From positions 1 through 64,000 of the forward strand of contig CAVUZH010000025.1 of NCBI GenBank assembly GCA_963745835.1: a stretch of DNA of 64,000 nucleotides, read 5' to 3'. A program made the translations under genes and the position numbers. Origin of the DNA: an uncultured delta proteobacterium. Lineage in GTDB: Bacteria; Desulfobacterota; Binatia; UBA9968. The notes under the pieces are model-generated. The model was not told the DNA's origin and did no database searches. It worked only from the letters and a program-made list of their open reading frames with translations. Below, one piece after another: positions 59,454 to 64,000 of this stretch (within the stretch, counting starts at the first letter, position 1; each line of letters starts with the position of its first letter).

Positions 59454-60470
59454 ATGGCAACAGACGTTCGTAAATCAGCATATAAGCGTAAACCAAGAAC
59501 AGCGATATTTCTCTCCGTCGTGATGCTGCTATTCGGTAGCGTAGTCCGAGAGGCTTTTGCCGGGAGTGCCGCCGAGCCCACGCGCTTGCGCATCAGCATT
59601 CCCGGCGTCGGCTCATCGTCTTATCCTTTGATAATGGCGCAGAAGAAAGGTTATTTCCGAGCCGAAGGCTATGAAGTCGAGCTGATCCCAATGGCAGCCG
59701 GACTCGCGGTAAAGACGTTGCTCGCCGGCGAAGTCGGTGTCACTGCTGCGGGCACTGTGCTGGCCAACTTGCAAGGCGCGAAGGTGCGCGTGGTGATGGG
59801 TTTTATCCGCGAACTTCCGTACGATCTCGTGGTGCCGCCGGAGATCAGACGGGTCGAAGATCTGCGCGGCAAAAAAATTGCGGTGGCCGACCGCGGCAGC
59901 GTGACTTTCTTCGTCGTGCGGGCGATTTTGCAAGCGCATGGCATGGAGCCGGATCGGGATGTCACGTTACTCAACATGGGAACGCCGGCAGTGCGTCATC
60001 AAGCGCTGCTGGCCGGGATTGTTCAAGGCGTAGTGGCGAACTTTGACGGCACCGCTCTGCTGGCGGACCGCGGTTACCATTCCGTGGCGAAGGCGGGCAG
60101 GTTCATGAAAGGCTTCGCAGGGTCGCTCTCGGTGACGCAAGAACAGTTGGAGAAGCGGCCTGATGACGTGTTCCGAGCCGTTCGCGCTACGCTGAAAGGT
60201 ATCCGTGCCTACCTGGCGCAGCGCGATGAAGCGATCAAGTACAGTTCGGCATGGACCAAGATCTCAGCGGACAATGCGGCGAAAGTTCACGAGCTGATGT
60301 CGGCCGGCGCATTGGCGCCGGATGGGCTGCTAGATCGCGAGACCATGGAATCCGTGATACAGGAATCCCGTGAAGTCGCCGGGGTTAAACGCGCGGTCAA
60401 GCTCGACGAAGTTTTCGACTTCCGCCTTGTCCAGCGCGCCAATGACGAACTGCGGAGCTGGCGGCCATAG
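59454..60470 (+). CDS. ABC-type substrate-binding protein, NMT1/SsuA family
   Basis: KKGYFRAEG, DLRGKKIAV. Confidence 0.85.
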   Translation: MATDVRKSAYKRKPRTAIFLSVVMLLFGSVVREAFAGSAAEPTRLRISIPGVGSSSYPLIMAQKKGYFRAEGYEVELIPMAAGLAVKTLLAGEVGVTAAGTVLANLQGAKVRVVMGFIRELPYDLVVPPEIRRVEDLRGKKIAVADRGSVTFFVVRAILQAHGMEPDRDVTLLNMGTPAVRHQALLAGIVQGVVANFDGTALLADRGYHSVAKAGRFMKGFAGSLSVTQEQLEKRPDDVFRAVRATLKGIRAYLAQRDEAIKYSSAWTKISADNAAKVHELMSAGALAPDGLLDRETMESVIQESREVAGVKRAVKLDEVFDFRLVQRANDELRSWRP

Positions 60471-60594
60471 TAAGCGAGCGCAAAGGCGTTGCTTAAAGTT
60501 GCGAAGGACAAAATCGCTGCGAACATTGTCGCGATCGTTGGAACCATCGCACTGATCGGCGAATGATACGGTCTAAACGGGGAAAAGGTTAAAG

Positions 60595-61383
60595 ATGGAT
60601 TTAGGACTGCGCGGGAAGGTGGCTGTTGTGAGCGGTTCCAGCGACGGCATCGGCTATGCTGTGGCGCATTCTTTGGCGCAGGAGGGCGCGCGAATTGCCC
60701 TGTGTGCCAGACGTGAGCCGCTTCTCGCCGAGGCGCGAAAAACCATTGAGAAGGAAACTGGCGCCGAAGTCCTGGCGGTAACCTGTGATGTTCAACGTCT
60801 GGACGAGGTCCAACGTTTGGTCGCGGAAGTCATGCAGCGCTTCGGCATGATCAATATTTTGGTCAACAACGCAGGGAGCGTTCCGAGTATCCGCTTTGCC
60901 GACATCGACGATGCTCAGTGGTATCGGATGCTAGAGGGAAAATTGCTCGGCTATATTCGGATGACCCGAGAGGTCGCGCCACACATGCGCAAGGCCGGGT
61001 GGGGCAGGATCATTAACATTGCGGGGACCGCCGGTTGGGAGCCAAGCGGTACCGCGATGGCAGTCGGTTTGAACAATGCCGCGGTGATGAACTGGACGAA
61101 GTCTTTGTCTCTCAATTATGCCGACGACGGCATTTTGGTGACGGCGGTGGCGCCGGGTTCGATCGAGACGCCGCGGCAAATTCGCAATCGCCAACGCGAG
61201 GCGGATATCACCGGCAAAAGTCTTGATGAGATCCGCAAGACGCGGACGCAAGAAATTCCACTGCATCGGCTGGGCCGAGCCGAGGAAGTGGCTAACGTCG
61301 TTGTCTTTCTTGCATCAGAACGGTCGAGCTATATGACCGGCACCTGTGTGACTGTAGATGGCGGGGTCGTGCGCGGCATTTGA
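60595..61383 (+). CDS. SDR family oxidoreductase
   Basis: SGSSDGIG, NNAG, VDGG; the canonical YxxxK is not evident. Confidence 0.9.
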   Translation: MDLGLRGKVAVVSGSSDGIGYAVAHSLAQEGARIALCARREPLLAEARKTIEKETGAEVLAVTCDVQRLDEVQRLVAEVMQRFGMINILVNNAGSVPSIRFADIDDAQWYRMLEGKLLGYIRMTREVAPHMRKAGWGRIINIAGTAGWEPSGTAMAVGLNNAAVMNWTKSLSLNYADDGILVTAVAPGSIETPRQIRNRQREADITGKSLDEIRKTRTQEIPLHRLGRAEEVANVVVFLASERSSYMTGTCVTVDGGVVRGI

Positions 61384-61439
61384 CGGCGGAGAAAAGATGC
61401 TGAGTGACGAGCAGGCGTGTCGTGGTTGCAGCTCGCGCT

Positions 61440-61615
61440 CAACTCCGGATTCCGCAGTTGAAGGGGGAGTCCTGACCGAGGAGCAAACGTTCCGCAGCGA
61501 AGACAATGCGTTTCTGCCTCGGAGAAGGCGACAGCTGTCAGTGCAGTGCATGACGGGCAAGCAAATAGAGTTGGACTACAAGGAAAAACGCGATTTTTAG
61601 AATTGCAATGTTCAC
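61440..61615. mobile_element. Degenerate partial third copy of the 30.2/40.1 kb element
   Basis: gaccgaggagcaaacgttccgcagcgaagacaatgcgtttctgcct aligns with gatcgagggcgagccctccggagcgaaggcaatgcgcctctggct. Confidence 0.4.
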
Positions 61616-61804
61616 GTCGGTTTACTAGATATCAGCATGTCGGGAGATCTCACCATGGCGCCAGGCTTCGCCGCGCCGTCAGCGATCTGTGTGTTTTAGA
61701 ACCGATGCGATCTCTGTCTCCATTATCCGACGAGGATTTCTCCCGCGATATTTGGCTGACGGCGGCCCATCTGGACGGCGCCGCTTAAAAGAGAGGGTCG
61801 AACG

Positions 61805-62812
61805 ATGATCATTGACGTGCACGGGCATGTTTCAGCGCCCACCGAGCTGTGGGCTTACAAGGCGGGTCTGCTGTCGCATCGGGGAGCCCATGGGCGCGGC
61901 GAGGTTAAAGTCACCGACGACGAGATTCGGGCTGCCGCGAATCGGGCAGAGACCTGGCCCAAAGGCCACCTCGATTATCTGCGGGATCACGGAACCGACC
62001 TGCAGCTCATTTCCCCGCGGCCGTTTCAGCTGATGCAATCAGAAAAGCCAGCGAAGCTCGTCCAATGGTTCGCCGAGGAATGCAACAATATTATCCATCG
62101 CCAGATGAAGCTTTTCGCCGGTAAATTCTTGGGCGTTTGCGCGCTGCCGCAAACCGCCGGGGATCCCATCGAGAAGGCCATCCCCGAACTCGAGCGTTGC
62201 ATAAAACAATTAGGATTCGTGGGCTGTTTGCTCAACCCTGATCCCTATGAAAACGGCGGCTCGGAAGCGCCCCCGCTGGGCGATCGCTACTGGTACCCGC
62301 TCTATGAGAAGCTGTGCGAGTTGAACGTTCCGGCTCATATTCACGGCACTACTTCACGTTCCGATCGTACGCCGTATTCGGTGCATCTGATCAACGAGGA
62401 GACCATCGCCGTCTACGGGCTGGTGAACTCAAACGTCTTTAAAGATTTTCCTTCTTTGAAGATCGTCGTCAGTCACGGCGGCGGCTCGATTCCTTATCAG
62501 TTGGGGCGATTCGAAGCGCCGACACTGAGGCGCGGTACGGGCGAGCGCTTTTCGACGCGGCTGCGAAATCTTTACTTTGACACCGTTCTATACACCGAGA
62601 ACGCGCTGGCTCTACTGATCAAGACGGTAGGAGCGGATCGATGCCTGTTCGGCACCGAATGTCCGGGTGTGGGTTCGGCCGTCAATCCAGAGACCCGGCA
62701 GTCGATGGACAACGTGCGCGCCATGATCGACAACATTGAATGGTTGACGGAAGCGGATCGAAAACAAATTTTTGAAGATAATGCCCGAGCGGTCTTCAAT
62801 CTGAAAGGCTAA
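61805..62812 (+). CDS. Amidohydrolase_2 family protein, LigJ-like
   Basis: MIIDVHGH, LPQ, GFVGCLLNPD, WYPLYEK, HGGG. Confidence 0.85.
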   Translation: MIIDVHGHVSAPTELWAYKAGLLSHRGAHGRGEVKVTDDEIRAAANRAETWPKGHLDYLRDHGTDLQLISPRPFQLMQSEKPAKLVQWFAEECNNIIHRQMKLFAGKFLGVCALPQTAGDPIEKAIPELERCIKQLGFVGCLLNPDPYENGGSEAPPLGDRYWYPLYEKLCELNVPAHIHGTTSRSDRTPYSVHLINEETIAVYGLVNSNVFKDFPSLKIVVSHGGGSIPYQLGRFEAPTLRRGTGERFSTRLRNLYFDTVLYTENALALLIKTVGADRCLFGTECPGVGSAVNPETRQSMDNVRAMIDNIEWLTEADRKQIFEDNARAVFNLKG

Positions 62813-62866
62813 ACGGGCAATTCCTGGCGATCCAATTCATGAATATTGACCGATGGAGAGACGGAT

Positions 62867-64000
62867 ATGTTTTCTCGAGAGGAAAATGAATTCCTCACGC
62901 GAGTAGCGCCCGGCACACCCGTCGGAAATTTGATGCGCAGTTATTGGATCCCGGCGCTGCTGTCGGAGGAAATTTCAGCGGCCGATTGCGACCCTGTCAG
63001 AGTGAGGCTATTGGGTGAAGACCTGGTCGCCTTTCGCGACAGCAACGGGGAAATAGGTCTCTTAGACGAGCACTGTTCGCACCGGGGAACATCGCTTTTT
63101 TTCGGGCGCAATGAGGAGTGCGGTCTGAGGTGCATTTATCATGGATGGAAATACGACGTCGAAGGCAATGTCTTGGAGACGCCCGCCGAGCCCGCCGACA
63201 GCGATTTCAAGAAAAAGATTCATCACACGGCCTATCCTTGTCATGAAACGGCCGGTATCGTCTTCACCTATATGGGGCCGCCCCGGAAGAGGCCCTTGAT
63301 GCCGGCGTATGAGTGGGTCAGCCTGCCTGCCGATCGCATGCATGTCGTCAAGGCCTATCTGGATTGTAACTACCTCCAAGGGATCGAAGGAGATTTTGAT
63401 TCATCGCACACGAGCTTTCTTCATTGCAACAATTTGGCGGACCTCGCGCGGCTCAATCGCGACGGCGCTCCGGCGTTGGAAGCAGAAGCGACGGAGTACG
63501 GGATGAGGGCGATATCGATTAGAAAACTCTCAGCGGACCAAAGCTATGTCCGGATCAGCCCGTTTATCTTGCCCGCTTTTAGCATCGTTCCCGGTCCCGC
63601 CACCGCTAAGTTCGAGGAGCATGATAGCCGCGCGTTTCGCTTCTGGATTCCCCGTGACGATACCAGCACCTGGTTTTATATTTTGACTATGCGCGATGCG
63701 CCGTTTTCAGACGATGAGAGAGCGGCGGCGCGGCGTTGGGTGGATTCGAATTACCGGAGAGTTCGTAATGCCGGCAATGACTATTTACAAGATCGGGAGC
63801 TTCAAAAGACGCGAAGTTATTCAGGCATCAAGGCCGTTATCCCCGCGGAACAGGATGCCTGCGCGACCGAGAGCATGGGACCCGTTTACGATCGTACCCG
63901 TGAGCATCTCGGTTACAGCGACAAGACAATTATCGCCTTGCGTAAGACTCTGCTGCTGGCCGCCAAGTCGGTGCAAGAAGGGCGCGAGCCGCCGCACGTG
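62867..64000 (+). CDS. Rieske oxygenase alpha subunit (phthalate 4,5-dioxygenase-like), runs past the window end
   Basis: Manual translation MFSREENEFLTRVAPGTP...YWIP, CSHRG, CIYHGW, DSSHTSFLH; not in the ORF track because no stop is reached. Confidence 0.92.
   Translation, partial: MFSREENEFLTRVAPGTPVGNLMRSYWIPALLSEEISAADCDPVRVRLLGEDLVAFRDSNGEIGLLDEHCSHRGTSLFFGRNEECGLRCIYHGWKYDVEGNVLETPAEPADSDFKKKIHHTAYPCHETAGIVFTYMGPPRKRPLMPAYEWVSLPADRMHVVKAYLDCNYLQGIEGDFDSSHTSFLHCNNLADLARLNRDGAPALEAEATEYGMRAISIRKLSADQSYVRISPFILPAFSIVPGPATAKFEEHDSRAFRFWIPRDDTSTWFYILTMRDAPFSDDERAAARRWVDSNYRRVRNAGNDYLQDRELQKTRSYSGIKAVIPAEQDACATESMGPVYDRTREHLGYSDKTIIALRKTLLLAAKSVQEGREPPHV

Overview
Gene-dense bacterial chromosomal window. 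The mix of many orphan NMT1/SsuA-type solute-binding proteins, amidohydrolases, LLM, Rieske, TRAP/TTT transporters and short GTTCCAA-type intergenic repeats resembles Candidatus Binatota-like deltaproteobacteria (inference only). Contents in order: 3' part of a frameshifted copA, catabolic enzymes, an unusual pilin cassette at 9.1-12.9 kb, a TetR-controlled RND plus ABC efflux island with one OMF, an xth/LigD-phosphoesterase pair, TRAP-TAXI and TTT transporters, a benzoate-CoA ligase with a Liv-type ABC importer, and further amidohydrolase/SBP/SDR/Rieske genes. The most striking structure is a 411-bp inverted repeat (9348-9758 / 11908-12318) in which I found no mismatch by eye. Each arm carries candidate enhancer sites, a sigma54 promoter, an identical Flp pilin gene and the start of a small Cys/His-rich protein whose two copies diverge. 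The arms enclose a single sigma54 activator whose phospho-acceptor Asp is replaced by Glu. Also found: a diverged ~180-bp terminal-inverted-repeat element in three copies, octamer repeats translated in-frame inside an ABC ATPase, and a 25-aa sigma54-driven membrane peptide missed by the ORF track. No rRNA, tRNA, CRISPR array, integrase or transposase was recognised.
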